Source: Escherichia coli (GTDB lineage Bacteria > Pseudomonadota > Gammaproteobacteria > Enterobacterales > Enterobacteriaceae). From it: a stretch of 64,000 nucleotides of DNA. The stretch lies in assembly GCF_017348835.2 (NCBI RefSeq), contig NZ_CP071375.1. One strand, given 5' to 3'. Both the position numbers and the translations under genes were made by a program. Shown here one piece after another: positions 25,728-37,342 of the stretch. The notes below the pieces were generated by a model. The model had not been told where the DNA came from. It did no database searches and saw only the letters and a program-made list of their open reading frames with translations. Within the stretch, counting starts at the first letter, position 1. Each line of letters begins with the position of its first letter.

Positions 25728-26993
25728 TCAAACATCCATGCCCAACGCTCGCTTACCGTGAATGTTGAGGTCGGCAAGCGTAAAGCGTCCTTCCCAGTTT
25801 GTTTCATAGTCCTCGCGCGGGAAGTCGCCCGGCGATGCGCCTTTTTCCAGTGCGGCCTTCACCTTGTGCGCGTAGGCAAGATTTTTCTCGCACATCGGTG
25901 CCGCAGGAATGTACATCACGTTGCCCCAACCTTGTTGATTTTCAACGGGGGCAACGGAATGGATGACGTCGCAGTGCCACCAGACGGAGTCTCCGGCTTC
26001 GAGTTTTGGAATGCTGGTTAACGCCTCAATCAACAGTGGATGCCATTGCTCTGATACCGGCAATACTCTTCCGGGCGCTACGCCGCACAGTTCATCCTCC
26101 GGCACATCATCAAGCAGCGGACGTAACAGTACGTACGCCATAGCTTCAGGAATGGGCACGACGTGCAGCAGCCCCTGACCAGGCAGCATATCAGAGAGCG
26201 CTGTCCAGCCCTGGAATGTCCGAAACACGGAACATTTGGTGGTGTTGTCCACCGTGTACTCTTCAACTTCCGTACGATGTGCCGCATGCCAGGGATCATA
26301 TTGCGCCAGATTGCCATTAAAGACGTTGGCGAAAACGCGCTGATACGCTGGAAGCAGCCAGCGTTCCAGTGCCCCGGAGTCGGTATGCGCTCCAAGACCT
26401 TTGGAGGTCGTTCCGGGCGGACGGCGGCGGATACGGTCAGGGTAGATGACGCTCACATCCGGGTTAAACCATTGCTTTCCATCACTTTCAAATGTCCACA
26501 GACGATTGAGAAACGACTGCGCATTCGCCATTTCTTCACTCTGGCGAGCCTGCATTTGCGCCTGCGACCAGTAGATGGGGTAAATCTCGGGACGTGAAGC
26601 GCTGAGCGTCCCGAAGAAATTATCGCCGGGGCCTTTGTAGACCTCGTCAAAGCGGTTGCGGTCCAGATAGTCCAGCATCGACTGATCCCAGCCTAGCGCT
26701 TGTTCGCGGGGGAAATGGCCTTTTATCACCGCACAACCGCGACGTTTAATCTGTTCGCGCTGCTCTGCAGTAACATGACCTGCTTTGATATCGGCATAAG
26801 ACAGCACCGGCCAGACGGCATCGCCCTGTGCTTTGAGTGCGTTGATTTCAGCCACTCGCGTGGCAATGTCATCGCTTAGCTGATTAAAGATCTGCTGGAC
26901 GTCGCCAAGCTGCGCCCGCAGCGCGTGCTTCATCTGACGGATAGCTGCTTTGTGATCGGCAGGCAATGTGTCGCTGGTAAAAGTAGAAGCCAT
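25728..26993 (-). CDS. ybiU: DUF1479-family protein YbiU
   Basis: ORF 25728..26999 trimmed to MASTFTSD start (421 aa). Confidence 0.85.
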   Translation of the reverse strand: MASTFTSDTLPADHKAAIRQMKHALRAQLGDVQQIFNQLSDDIATRVAEINALKAQGDAVWPVLSYADIKAGHVTAEQREQIKRRGCAVIKGHFPREQALGWDQSMLDYLDRNRFDEVYKGPGDNFFGTLSASRPEIYPIYWSQAQMQARQSEEMANAQSFLNRLWTFESDGKQWFNPDVSVIYPDRIRRRPPGTTSKGLGAHTDSGALERWLLPAYQRVFANVFNGNLAQYDPWHAAHRTEVEEYTVDNTTKCSVFRTFQGWTALSDMLPGQGLLHVVPIPEAMAYVLLRPLLDDVPEDELCGVAPGRVLPVSEQWHPLLIEALTSIPKLEAGDSVWWHCDVIHSVAPVENQQGWGNVMYIPAAPMCEKNLAYAHKVKAALEKGASPGDFPREDYETNWEGRFTLADLNIHGKRALGMDV

Positions 26994-27144
26994 AACCACC
27001 TCGCATTAACTTTCATTCGAAACTATGATGATTTGCATGTGACAATATAAGTTATAAATAAGTTAATGCAAGTTTAATGATTTGATGTGATGTACAGGAT
27101 GTAAAAAGAAGGGAAAACCGGAGCGCATGGCTCCGGTAGAGAGG

Positions 27145-27960
27145 TCAGCTGTTAAAAGGGGATGTGTTATCCAGCACCGCCTGAATCACATTCAGCGCGC
27201 CTTCGTGATTATTATCATCGGTAGCGTAACGGGCGATTTGTTTAATGTTTTCCGCAGCATTGCCCATCGCAAAGGAATAACGCGCCATTTTCAGCATCTC
27301 CGCATCGTTACCGCTGTCGCCAATCGCTACCACATTTTGCGGTGACAGATCCCAGCGTTTCAGTAATCGCGAAATACCGTTTGCTTTATGTAGACCGGGA
27401 ATAATCAGGTCGATAAAGCCAAAACCACTGGTAACGGGTTTCATAATGCCATCCAGCGCTATGTGCAGTTTGTCGATCACTAACGGGATTTGTTCATCCG
27501 GCAGGTTGAGCGAAAACTTGAACAGTACGTCGTCAATTTCCTGATAATCTTTTACAGGTTTCAGGCGATGGTAGTGTTTTGCCATCAGTGCGACGAATGC
27601 TTCGGGGGCATTTTCGCTGACATATGCACTTTGCAGACCGCAGGCGACAAAATTGAGTTGCTTATCTTTTAGCAACTCGCCAATAACAATCCGCGATTCA
27701 TGTCGGGTCAGTTCGCCGTGGAACAACTGCTTGCCATGTTCGTAAACCAGTGCACCGTTTTCCGCGACAAAAGAGATCTCATCCTTTAGCTCAGGAAAGA
27801 ACGAAATAAGCTGGTAATACTGATTACCGCTGGCGACAACGAACTTAATGCCGCGCTTTTTCAGTTCCTGATATTGCGCCATAAAACGTGGTTGGTTGTA
27901 CGTTTTGGCGTCGTTAAGAAAAGTACCGTCCATGTCTGTGACGATAACTTTTACGCTCAT
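27145..27960 (-). CDS. ybiV: Cof-type HAD sugar phosphatase YbiV
   Basis: 271-aa ORF with DxD motif (TDMDGT) at N-terminus and GDSGND. Confidence 0.9.
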   Translation of the reverse strand: MSVKVIVTDMDGTFLNDAKTYNQPRFMAQYQELKKRGIKFVVASGNQYYQLISFFPELKDEISFVAENGALVYEHGKQLFHGELTRHESRIVIGELLKDKQLNFVACGLQSAYVSENAPEAFVALMAKHYHRLKPVKDYQEIDDVLFKFSLNLPDEQIPLVIDKLHIALDGIMKPVTSGFGFIDLIIPGLHKANGISRLLKRWDLSPQNVVAIGDSGNDAEMLKMARYSFAMGNAAENIKQIARYATDDNNHEGALNVIQAVLDNTSPFNS

Positions 27961-28105
27961 AGGTGTGCTCCTGGCTCGAAAATGAAACCGTAACAGTGTA
28001 ATAACAATGTGACGCAGAGCACAAATTATATTTCGAATGAAAGTGAGAGTGAAATTGATGGTGTGAATGATTTAGCCCGGCGACGTCTCCGCCGGGCTGA
28101 GGGGA

Positions 28106-30538
28106 TTACAGCATATGTTCGGTACGGGCGATGATATCGTCCTGAGCGTCTGGAGAGAGCGCGGTGAAGAAGGCGGAATAACCCGCGACACGCACTACCA
28201 GATCGCGATACTGATCGGGATGTTTTTTCGCATCCAGCAGCGTTTCGCGGGAAACGATGTTGTACTGAATATGCCAGCCTTTATGCACTTCAAAGAAGGT
28301 GCGCAGCAGGATCATCAGTTTCTGCTTGTCAGATTCGTTCTCCAGCGTCGCCGGATTCAGTTTCTGGTTGAGCAACACGCCGCCGAGGATCGCTGCCGTA
28401 GGCAGTTTACCCACCGAGCCAATGACCGCAGTAGGGCCAAGATGATCAGTACCGGAGGCCGGGCTTGCGCCTTCTGCCAGCGGGGTGTGGGCTTTACGTC
28501 CGTCCGGCGTTGCCATCGTCTGTGCGCCAAACGGCACGTTAGCGGAGATAGACGACGTACCCGCGTAATAGTTGCCGCCAACCGGACCACGACCGTAGCG
28601 CGGGTTATGGTACTGTTTCAGTTCGTCGATATAGGTCTGATAAGCGCGAGCCAGCAGCGTATCGACAGTATCATCGTCGTTGCCGTACTTCGGCGCACCG
28701 TTAATCAGCCGCTGACGCAGCTGCTCGTGAGTCAGGCCGTCGAAGTCATCCGCCAGTGCGACAGCCAGCTGTTGCTGACCAATCGCGCCCTGTTCAAATA
28801 CCAGTTTCTTCACTGCCGCCAGGCTGTTGCCGAGGTTGGCAATACCCACCTGTAAGCCAGAAACCCAGTCATATTTCGCGCCGCCTTGCTTGATACTTTT
28901 CGCTCGCTCAATACAGTCATCCACCAGCGCCGAGCAGAGAATATCGTGCACGTTCTCTTCCAGCATGGTATCGACGACATATTCGATTTCGATCGATTTG
29001 CGGGTGTAGTAACGGATTTGGGTATCCCACGCGTCCATCACTTCATCGAAATTGTTAAAGTTACCCGCTGACAACGCTTTTTCTTGTGGCAGAAACACGT
29101 TGCCGCTGGTGGCATCGCGACCGCCTTCCAGCGCTGCCAGCATCACACGGGCGAAGTTGATAAAGCTCATCCCGGTGCAGCGATAGCCCCATTTACCGCC
29201 AACGGCGGTTTCGATACAGCCAATCGCTGCGTAGTCGTAAGCGTCCTGCGGTTCAATACCGAGTTTGATAAATTCCGGGATGACGATTTCGTCGTTGTTG
29301 AAGGCGGGCATCCCGAAGCCGCAGCGGATCACCTGTACGCAGGCGTCGAGGAAATCATTACTCATCCCCGCATGGTAACGCACGCTGAGGTTAGGCTGAG
29401 TCGAACGCAGGCGACCGCAGGATTCGAGGATCGCATAAGAGAGCGGATTCACCGCATCCATCGGCTGACCATCAACCAGATTTTGCCCGCCAATGGTGAC
29501 GTTCTGATACAGCGGACTTCCCGCGGAGGCTTTTGAGTGCGAGCCGGAGCGGATCTTGTTCACTTCCAGCAGTTTCAACCAGCAGCTATGCAGCAATTCG
29601 ATGGCGTGTTCGCGATCCAGCGTCTGGTTCAGTTCAACATCACGGCGATAGTACGGGTAGAGATACTGGTCCATACGACCAAACGACACCGAGTGACCGT
29701 TAGATTCAATCTGCAAAATCAACTGGATGAAGTAGCACAGTTGCAGCGCCTGCCAGAACGTCTGCGGCGGCTGGTGGGCGATGAGGTCGCAGTTTTCTGC
29801 CATCGCCAGCAGTTCATCACGGCGGCTTTCGCGGGTTTCAGTCGCTGCCATTTCACGCGCCAGGGCAGCGAAACGTTCAATGTGTTCACTGACTGCCACC
29901 AGCACGATATCAATCGCTTTCAGGAATTGCTCACCGTGTAAATCTTCCAGCACCGTCAGGTTGATGCGCGAGCGACGTTCCGCTACTTTCTCGCGCAGAC
30001 CATCAAGCCCTTTTTCCAGCAGCAGCGGGAAATTGACCGCCAGGTGCGCATCGCCGGAGGTCATATTGCCTTCCGCTTTAATGATGCCGGTCGCCAGCAG
30101 ACCTTTTTGCTCATCGGTAAACATGCCGTAGCAGCGATCCTGTACGGTCTGACCGCGCCACCACGGGCACACTTCATGCAGAACGCGTTTGTTCTCTTCG
30201 CTCACCGCAAAGCCAGCACCGGGACGATCTGCCAGATCATCAATCTCTTTTTCGATCCACGAGACGGTATATTCCGGGAAGATCGGCGCGGCGCGAACTT
30301 CGCTTGCCTGGTTGCCAATGATCAACTCATCGTGTTTGATCCAGATGGTGCGATTCGCCAGGTGATGCGCCAGTGCCAGCGCGCGACGTACCGGGATCGG
30401 CTTATCGAGATGTTGTTGATACATCTCGGTATAGTGCTGCGCGCGCTCGGTACAGACTGGCGGTTTCACAATATGCACCAGCGCATTTTTGTGCGCTTTA
30501 ATGCGGTCGCTGAGCGTGTCCAGTTTCAGTGTGGTCAT
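28106..30538 (-). CDS. ybiW: Glycyl-radical enzyme (pyruvate formate-lyase-like) YbiW
   Basis: 810-aa ORF; C-terminal glycyl-radical motif RVAGYSA. Confidence 0.9.
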   Translation of the reverse strand: MTTLKLDTLSDRIKAHKNALVHIVKPPVCTERAQHYTEMYQQHLDKPIPVRRALALAHHLANRTIWIKHDELIIGNQASEVRAAPIFPEYTVSWIEKEIDDLADRPGAGFAVSEENKRVLHEVCPWWRGQTVQDRCYGMFTDEQKGLLATGIIKAEGNMTSGDAHLAVNFPLLLEKGLDGLREKVAERRSRINLTVLEDLHGEQFLKAIDIVLVAVSEHIERFAALAREMAATETRESRRDELLAMAENCDLIAHQPPQTFWQALQLCYFIQLILQIESNGHSVSFGRMDQYLYPYYRRDVELNQTLDREHAIELLHSCWLKLLEVNKIRSGSHSKASAGSPLYQNVTIGGQNLVDGQPMDAVNPLSYAILESCGRLRSTQPNLSVRYHAGMSNDFLDACVQVIRCGFGMPAFNNDEIVIPEFIKLGIEPQDAYDYAAIGCIETAVGGKWGYRCTGMSFINFARVMLAALEGGRDATSGNVFLPQEKALSAGNFNNFDEVMDAWDTQIRYYTRKSIEIEYVVDTMLEENVHDILCSALVDDCIERAKSIKQGGAKYDWVSGLQVGIANLGNSLAAVKKLVFEQGAIGQQQLAVALADDFDGLTHEQLRQRLINGAPKYGNDDDTVDTLLARAYQTYIDELKQYHNPRYGRGPVGGNYYAGTSSISANVPFGAQTMATPDGRKAHTPLAEGASPASGTDHLGPTAVIGSVGKLPTAAILGGVLLNQKLNPATLENESDKQKLMILLRTFFEVHKGWHIQYNIVSRETLLDAKKHPDQYRDLVVRVAGYSAFFTALSPDAQDDIIARTEHML

Positions 30539-30543
30539 GGTTG

Positions 30544-31443
30544 TTATCCTCGTAAGGTCGTGGTTAACCCTTTCTGGCAGGCATACTGCTGGGCAAAGTC
30601 GAGCAGTTCTGGCGCATCAAGCGGTTTTTCCGGGGCGTCATAGGGCAGATTAAGTAAGTGATATTTGTTGATGCCCAGCGTGTGGTAGGGCAGGAAATGA
30701 ATTTCGCCAACGTGCAGCTCGTCGGCGGCAAAATCGGTAATGGCTTTTACAGAGGTTTCGTCGGCATTAAAGCCCTGAATCAGTGGCACGCGGATAATGA
30801 TTTTTTTGCCCGCTGCGGCGAGTTTTTTCAGGTTATCCAGCACCCTGGCGGCGTTACCGTCGGTCCACTGTTTAAACGGCGCGTTGGCAACGTGTTTTAA
30901 ATCGGCAAGAAACAGATCGATATAGGGCAGAGAAGGGGCAATATATTTCCACGGCACATGCAGACAGGTTTCTACCGCAGTATGAATGCCAGCCTCGTGG
31001 CTGGCTTGCAGTAGCGCCATCGCCATTTCCGGCTGCATAAACGGTTCACCGCCAGAAAGCGTTAAGCCGCCGCCGCTGCGATCGTAAAACGGTTTATCGC
31101 GCAGAACGGTCGCCATGATCTCCTCAACGCTTTTCACTTCCCCACACACGGTTAACGCCTGTGTCGGGCAGCAGTCGGTTAACGCCGTCAGATGCTCCGG
31201 GGTTAACTTTTCCCGATGAATAAGCAAACCATTCAACGCACGCTCAATCACGTCCGGCGCGGCCTTAGCGCACAGCTCGCAGCCTTCCAGACACAGTCGT
31301 GCGTCATACAACAGATCCTGCGTGCGGGCGCGGCTTTCCGGGTTCTGACACCAGCGGCAGCCCAGCGAACAGCCTTTAAGAAATACGACCGTGCGGATAC
31401 CGGGGCCATCATGGGTCGAGTAGCGCTGAATATTGAAAATCAT
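30544..31443 (-). CDS. ybiY: Glycyl-radical enzyme activating enzyme YbiY (radical SAM)
   Basis: CxxxCxxC radical-SAM motif (CSLGCRWC); start placed at second ATG (MIFNIQRYS) which follows GAGAGG RBS. Confidence 0.8.
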   Translation of the reverse strand: MIFNIQRYSTHDGPGIRTVVFLKGCSLGCRWCQNPESRARTQDLLYDARLCLEGCELCAKAAPDVIERALNGLLIHREKLTPEHLTALTDCCPTQALTVCGEVKSVEEIMATVLRDKPFYDRSGGGLTLSGGEPFMQPEMAMALLQASHEAGIHTAVETCLHVPWKYIAPSLPYIDLFLADLKHVANAPFKQWTDGNAARVLDNLKKLAAAGKKIIIRVPLIQGFNADETSVKAITDFAADELHVGEIHFLPYHTLGINKYHLLNLPYDAPEKPLDAPELLDFAQQYACQKGLTTTLRG

Positions 31444-31573
31444 AGTTGCCTCTCTGTTTCGTTCAAACATTAAAATACTTTCGAATGAAAGTTAGATTGA
31501 TGTGCGTCAACTGTTCAGAGAGTTTTCCCGTGATAGTCTACATTCAGACAAAAAGTACATTTTGAGGATGGTT

Positions 31574-32236
31574 ATGGAACTGTATCTGGATACTTCAGAC
31601 GTTGTTGCGGTGAAGGCGCTGTCACGTATTTTTCCGCTGGCGGGTGTGACTACTAACCCAAGCATTATCGCCGCGGGTAAAAAACCGCTGGAGGTTGTGC
31701 TTCCGGAACTTCATGAAGCGATGGGCGGTCAGGGGCGTCTGTTTGCCCAGGTAATGGCTACCACTGCTGAAGGGATGGTGAATGACGCGCTTAAGCTGCG
31801 TTCTATTATTGCGGATATCGTGGTGAAAGTTCCGGTGACCGCCGAGGGGCTGGCAGCGATTAAGATGTTAAAAGCGGAAGGGATTCCGACGCTGGGAACC
31901 GCGGTATATGGCGCGGCACAAGGGCTGCTGTCGGCGCTGGCAGGTGCGGAATATGTTGCGCCTTACGTTAATCGTATTGATGCTCAGGGCGGTAGCGGCA
32001 TTCAGACTGTGACCGACTTACACCAGTTATTGAAAATGCATGCGCCGCAGGCGAAAGTGCTGGCAGCCAGTTTCAAAACCCCGCGTCAGGCGCTGGACTG
32101 CTTACTGGCAGGATGTGAATCAATTACTCTGCCGCTGGATGTCGCACAACAGATGATTAGCTATCCGGCGGTTGATGCCGCTGTGGCGAAGTTTGAGCAG
32201 GACTGGCAGGGAGCGTTTGGCAGAACGTCGATTTAA
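31574..32236 (+). CDS. fsaA: Fructose-6-phosphate aldolase 1
   Basis: ORF 31502..32236 trimmed to [10 protein letters not shown] start (220 aa), transaldolase-like. Confidence 0.9.
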   Translation: MELYLDTSDVVAVKALSRIFPLAGVTTNPSIIAAGKKPLEVVLPELHEAMGGQGRLFAQVMATTAEGMVNDALKLRSIIADIVVKVPVTAEGLAAIKMLKAEGIPTLGTAVYGAAQGLLSALAGAEYVAPYVNRIDAQGGSGIQTVTDLHQLLKMHAPQAKVLAASFKTPRQALDCLLAGCESITLPLDVAQQMISYPAVDAAVAKFEQDWQGAFGRTSI

Positions 32237-32311
32237 CCGGACGTTCTGCATCCTCATAAATTGCTGATGACGTGGCGGAGTGCCGCGTCTTATCAGGCCT
32301 GAAGGTGGCAA

Positions 32312-33061
32312 TTACTGCCCGCACACCTCACACCCCGGATTACTCATCAGTTTCATTTCGCGAAACTGACAGGTCATCGCATCGTACATGACGATTTTCC
32401 CGCTGGCCGGTTTACCATAACCTGCCAGCAGTTTGATCGCTTCCATTGCCTGCAATGAACCAATTACGCCGATCAACGGTGCCATCACGCCTGCTTCTAC
32501 GCAGGTTAACGCGTTCTCGCCAAACAAACGGCTAAGGCAGCGATAGCACGGTTCGCCGTCCTGATAAGTGAAGACCGTGATTTGACCTTCCATACGAATT
32601 GCCGCGCCGGAAACCAGCGGCACCTTCGCGGCAAAACAGCCTGCGTTCAGTTGATTACGTACCGCAACGTTATCCGTACAGTCGAGCACCAGATCGTGTT
32701 CAGCAATCAATGCTGCAAGTTCTGCGTCATCCAGCAGTGCATTGACTGGCGTAATCGCGATATGTGGGTTGATCCGCGCCAGGGCGTCACGGGCGGATTC
32801 CACCTTCGGTTGCCCGACCGTGGCATCACTGTGCAGCGTCTGGCGTTGCAGATTCGAGAGCGAAACCGAGTCGAAGTCGAGCAGCGTCAGGTTGCCGACA
32901 CCGGCGCTTGCCAGATACTGCGAAGCTGCGCAGCCGAGTCCACCGAGGCCGACTACCAGCACACGAGAATCTTTTAGCGCCTCCTGACCGTCAAAATCAA
33001 AACCGCGCAGAATGATTTGCCGGTTGTAGCGCAGCATCTCCTGATCGCTGAGTTCCGCCAT
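32312..33061 (-). CDS. moeB: Molybdopterin-synthase adenylyltransferase MoeB
   Basis: 249-aa ORF with ThiF/MoeB GxGxxG (VVGLGGLG) and C-terminal CxxC pairs. Confidence 0.93.
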   Translation of the reverse strand: MAELSDQEMLRYNRQIILRGFDFDGQEALKDSRVLVVGLGGLGCAASQYLASAGVGNLTLLDFDSVSLSNLQRQTLHSDATVGQPKVESARDALARINPHIAITPVNALLDDAELAALIAEHDLVLDCTDNVAVRNQLNAGCFAAKVPLVSGAAIRMEGQITVFTYQDGEPCYRCLSRLFGENALTCVEAGVMAPLIGVIGSLQAMEAIKLLAGYGKPASGKIVMYDAMTCQFREMKLMSNPGCEVCGQ

Positions 33062-34296
33062 TACAGGCCTCCGAACAACGCGTTAAACGGTTCTACTTCC
33101 ACCCATTCGCCCACTTCCACATTGCCGCGATCGCGTTCCAGCACGATAAAGCAGTTGCCGAGGCTAAAGGAGCTAAATATATGTGAACCCTGATGTCCGG
33201 TGGTCGTCACTTCAAGTTCACCGTCGGCGTTGTGTTGCAGCACGCCGCGCTGGAAATCAAGACGTCCTGGCGTTTTTTTCAGGCGGGACGCTGTGCGTAC
33301 GCGCTGGCGCGCGGGCAGGCCGCTGGCGGTGTTGCCACTTAGTTTTGCCAGCAAAGGCTGTACCAGTTGATAGAAGGTCAGCGTCGCTGAAACCGGGTTG
33401 CCCGGCAGGCCGCAGAACCAGCTATTGCTGAGTTTACCGAACGCGAACGGTTTACCTGGTTTAATCGCCAGCTTCCAGAAGGCGATCTCCCCCAGCTCTT
33501 CAAGAATCGTTTTGGTGTAATCCGCCTCACCAACCGAAACACCACCGGAACTGATCACCACATCCGCCTGGCTGTCGGCTTCAATAAATGCGGCGCGCAG
33601 GGCATGTGGATCGTCGCGAATAATCCCTAAGTTGATTACTTCACAACCCAGCTGTTCTAACATCAGGTGTACGGCGAGACGGTTGGTATCGTAGATTTGG
33701 CCGTCGCCCAGCGGCTGACCGGGCAACTGGAGTTCATCACCGGTAGAAAAAAGCGCTACACGCACTTTACGAATCACCGGAACTTCGGCAATCCCCAGTG
33801 AAGCAATCACTGGCAGTTCAGCGGTAGTCAGGCGAGTCCCCGCCGGGAAAACAACCGCACCCGCAGAGATATCTTCACCACGACGGCGAATATTTTGCCC
33901 GCTACGCACTTCAGCAGTAAAACGCACGCCATTGTCCGTTTGTTCAGTCTGTTCCTGCATCACCACCGCTTCGCAGCCTTCCGGCACCGGCGCACCGGTC
34001 ATAATACGAATGCAGGTGCCCGCAGGCCATTCACCATGATACGGCTGACCGGCAAAGGATTTACCGGCAACGGGCAGCGGTTGCCCGGAGGCAATATCGG
34101 CTAAACGCACCGCGTAGCCGTCCATAGCGGAGTTATCAAACCCCGGGACATCCAGCGGCGAAACGACATCGCTCGCCAGAATACGACCAAAACACTGAAC
34201 CAGTGGCAGCGTTTCCTGGGCGGTCAGTGGGGTGACGCGAGAAAGCATCTCATTAAGCGCGGTGTCGAGCGACATCAATCCGGTGGTAAATTCCAT
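33061..34296 (-). CDS. moeA: Molybdopterin molybdotransferase MoeA
   Basis: 411-aa ORF; stop overlaps moeB start (TAATG). Confidence 0.93.
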   Translation of the reverse strand: MEFTTGLMSLDTALNEMLSRVTPLTAQETLPLVQCFGRILASDVVSPLDVPGFDNSAMDGYAVRLADIASGQPLPVAGKSFAGQPYHGEWPAGTCIRIMTGAPVPEGCEAVVMQEQTEQTDNGVRFTAEVRSGQNIRRRGEDISAGAVVFPAGTRLTTAELPVIASLGIAEVPVIRKVRVALFSTGDELQLPGQPLGDGQIYDTNRLAVHLMLEQLGCEVINLGIIRDDPHALRAAFIEADSQADVVISSGGVSVGEADYTKTILEELGEIAFWKLAIKPGKPFAFGKLSNSWFCGLPGNPVSATLTFYQLVQPLLAKLSGNTASGLPARQRVRTASRLKKTPGRLDFQRGVLQHNADGELEVTTTGHQGSHIFSSFSLGNCFIVLERDRGNVEVGEWVEVEPFNALFGGL

Positions 34297-34499
34297 GAAA
34301 ACACTCCTGCGGAGGCAAAATCGAATTTGCCTATTATGTCAGAAAAACGCCACAGACTGTATGCCACCTCGGGCGTAGCGCTGGGTCCTGCCTTTACATG
34401 CCATATCCATCTTTCTATATTCAAAAATTGAATGAGTAATTCATAAAAATTCTGATATTTATAGCAAAAGTGGCGAACCACCCTTAATGGACGAATACT

Positions 34500-35465
34500 A
34501 TGGGCAAAGCAGTCATTGCAATTCATGGTGGCGCAGGTGCAATTAGCCGCGCGCAGATGAGTCTGCAACAGGAATTACGCTACATCGAGGCGTTGTCTGC
34601 CATTGTTGAAACCGGGCAGAAAATGCTGGAAGCGGGCGAAAGTGCGCTGGATGTGGTGACGGAAGCGGTGCGTCTGCTGGAAGAGTGTCCACTGTTTAAC
34701 GCCGGAATTGGCGCTGTCTTTACGCGTGATGAAACCCATGAACTGGACGCCTGTGTGATGGATGGTAACACCCTGAAAGCCGGTGCGGTGGCGGGCGTTA
34801 GTCATCTGCGTAATCCGGTTCTTGCCGCCCGGCTGGTGATGGAGCAAAGCCCGCATGTGCTGATGATTGGCGAAGGGGCAGAAAATTTTGCGTTTGCTCA
34901 TGGCATGGAGCGCGTCTCACCGGAGATTTTCTCCACGCCTTTGCGTTATGAACAACTACTGGCAGCGCGCGAGGAAGGGGCAACAGTCCTCGACCATAGC
35001 GGTGCGCCACTGGATGAAAAACAGAAAATGGGCACCGTGGGGGCCGTGGCGTTGGATGTAGACGGCAATCTGGCGGCAGCCACGTCCACGGGCGGAATGA
35101 CCAATAAATTACCCGGACGAGTTGGCGATAGCCCCTTAGTGGGTGCCGGATGCTACGCCAATAATGCCAGTGTGGCGGTTTCTTGTACCGGCACGGGCGA
35201 AGTTTTCATCCGCGCGCTGGCGGCATATGACATCGCCGCGTTAATGGATTACGGCGGATTAAGTCTCGCGGAAGCCTGCGAGCGGGTAGTAATGGAAAAA
35301 CTCCCTGCGCTTGGCGGTAGCGGTGGCTTAATCGCTATCGACCATGAAGGGAATGTCGCGCTACCGTTTAACACCGAAGGAATGTATCGCGCCTGGGGCT
35401 ACGCAGGCGATACGCCAACCACCGGTATCTACCGTGAAAAAGGGGACACCGTTGCCACACAGTGA
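34500..35465 (+). CDS. iaaA: Isoaspartyl dipeptidase/asparaginase IaaA (Ntn hydrolase)
   Basis: 321-aa ORF with autoproteolytic GTVGAV site. Confidence 0.92.
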   Translation: MGKAVIAIHGGAGAISRAQMSLQQELRYIEALSAIVETGQKMLEAGESALDVVTEAVRLLEECPLFNAGIGAVFTRDETHELDACVMDGNTLKAGAVAGVSHLRNPVLAARLVMEQSPHVLMIGEGAENFAFAHGMERVSPEIFSTPLRYEQLLAAREEGATVLDHSGAPLDEKQKMGTVGAVALDVDGNLAAATSTGGMTNKLPGRVGDSPLVGAGCYANNASVAVSCTGTGEVFIRALAAYDIAALMDYGGLSLAEACERVVMEKLPALGGSGGLIAIDHEGNVALPFNTEGMYRAWGYAGDTPTTGIYREKGDTVATQ

Positions 35466-37323
35466 TGAACTTGATGCCGGTAATGTGCTGGCGGTTGAAA
35501 ATCTGAATATTGCCTTTATGCAGGACCAGCAGAAAATAGCTGCGGTCCGCAATCTCTCTTTTAGCCTGCAACGCGGTGAGACGCTGGCAATTGTTGGCGA
35601 ATCCGGCTCCGGTAAGTCAGTGACTGCGCTGGCATTGATGCGTCTGTTGGAACAGGCGGGCGGTTTAGTACAGTGCGATAAAATGCTGTTGCGGCGGCGC
35701 AGTCGTGAAGTGATTGAACTTAGCGAGCAGAGCGCTGCACAAATGCGTCATGTGCGCGGTGCGGATATGGCGATGATATTTCAGGAGCCGATGACATCGC
35801 TGAACCCAGTATTTACTGTGGGTGAACAGATTGCCGAATCAATTCGTCTGCATCAGAATGCCAGTCGTGAAGAAGCGATGGTCGAGGCGAAGCGGATGCT
35901 GGATCAGGTACGCATTCCGGAGGCACAAACCATTCTTTCACGTTATCCGCATCAACTCTCTGGCGGGATGCGCCAGCGAGTGATGATTGCGATGGCGCTG
36001 TCATGCCGCCCGGCGGTGCTGATTGCCGATGAGCCAACCACCGCGCTGGATGTCACTATTCAGGCGCAGATCCTGCAATTAATCAAAGTATTGCAAAAAG
36101 AGATGTCGATGGGCGTTATCTTTATCACTCACGATATGGGCGTGGTGGCAGAGATTGCCGATCGGGTACTGGTGATGTATCAGGGCGAGGCGGTGGAAAC
36201 GGGTACCGTCGAACAGATTTTTCATGCACCGCAACATCCTTACACCCGTGCGCTGTTAGCTGCTGTTCCGCAACTTGGTGCGATGAAAGGGTTAGATTAT
36301 CCCCGACGTTTCCCATTGATATCGCTTGAACATCCAGCGAAACAGGAACCCCCCATCGAGCAGAAAACGGTGGTGGATGGCGAACCTGTTTTACGGGTGC
36401 GTAATCTGGTCACCCGTTTCCCTTTGCGCAGCGGTTTGTTGAATCGCGTAACGCGGGAAGTGCATGCCGTTGAGAAAGTCAGTTTTGATCTCTGGCCTGG
36501 CGAAACGCTATCGCTGGTGGGCGAGTCTGGCAGCGGTAAATCCACTACCGGGCGGGCGTTGCTGCGCCTGGTCGAATCGCAGGGCGGCGAAATTATCTTT
36601 AACGGTCAGCGAATCGATACCTTGTCACCCGGCAAACTTCAGGCATTGCGCCGCGATATTCAGTTTATTTTTCAGGACCCTTACGCTTCGCTGGACCCAC
36701 GTCAGACCATCGGTGATTCGATTATCGAACCGCTGCGCGTACACGGTTTATTGCCAGGTAAAGAAGCGGCTGCACGCGTTGCGTGGTTGCTGGAGCGCGT
36801 GGGCCTGTTACCTGAACATGCCTGGCGTTACCCGCATGAGTTTTCCGGCGGTCAGCGCCAGCGCATCTGCATTGCTCGCGCGTTGGCATTGAATCCAAAA
36901 GTGATCATTGCCGACGAAGCCGTTTCGGCGCTGGATGTTTCTATTCGCGGGCAGATTATCAACTTGTTGCTCGATCTCCAGCGTGATTTCGGCATTGCGT
37001 ATCTGTTTATCTCCCACGATATGGCTGTGGTAGAGCGGATTAGTCATCGTGTGGCGGTGATGTATCTCGGGCAAATTGTTGAAATTGGTCCACGGCGCGC
37101 GGTCTTCGAAAACCCGCAGCATCCTTATACGCGTAAATTACTGGCGGCAGTTCCGGTCGCTGAACCGTCCCGACAACGACCGCAGCGTGTACTGTTGTCG
37201 GACGATCTTCCCAGCAATATTCATCTGCGTGGCGAAGAGGTGGCAGCCGTCTCGTTGCAATGCGTCGGGCCGGGGCATTACGTCGCACAACCACAATCAG
37301 AATACGCATTCATGCGTAGATAA
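35452..37323 (+). CDS. gsiA: Glutathione ABC importer ATP-binding protein GsiA (two ABC cassettes)
   Basis: ORF 35344..37323 trimmed to TTG start giving (M)PHSDELDAG..., 623 aa; two Walker A motifs. Confidence 0.85.
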   Translation: MPHSDELDAGNVLAVENLNIAFMQDQQKIAAVRNLSFSLQRGETLAIVGESGSGKSVTALALMRLLEQAGGLVQCDKMLLRRRSREVIELSEQSAAQMRHVRGADMAMIFQEPMTSLNPVFTVGEQIAESIRLHQNASREEAMVEAKRMLDQVRIPEAQTILSRYPHQLSGGMRQRVMIAMALSCRPAVLIADEPTTALDVTIQAQILQLIKVLQKEMSMGVIFITHDMGVVAEIADRVLVMYQGEAVETGTVEQIFHAPQHPYTRALLAAVPQLGAMKGLDYPRRFPLISLEHPAKQEPPIEQKTVVDGEPVLRVRNLVTRFPLRSGLLNRVTREVHAVEKVSFDLWPGETLSLVGESGSGKSTTGRALLRLVESQGGEIIFNGQRIDTLSPGKLQALRRDIQFIFQDPYASLDPRQTIGDSIIEPLRVHGLLPGKEAAARVAWLLERVGLLPEHAWRYPHEFSGGQRQRICIARALALNPKVIIADEAVSALDVSIRGQIINLLLDLQRDFGIAYLFISHDMAVVERISHRVAVMYLGQIVEIGPRRAVFENPQHPYTRKLLAAVPVAEPSRQRPQRVLLSDDLPSNIHLRGEEVAAVSLQCVGPGHYVAQPQSEYAFMRR

Positions 37324-37342
37324 CATTCAGGCGGAGAATAAA

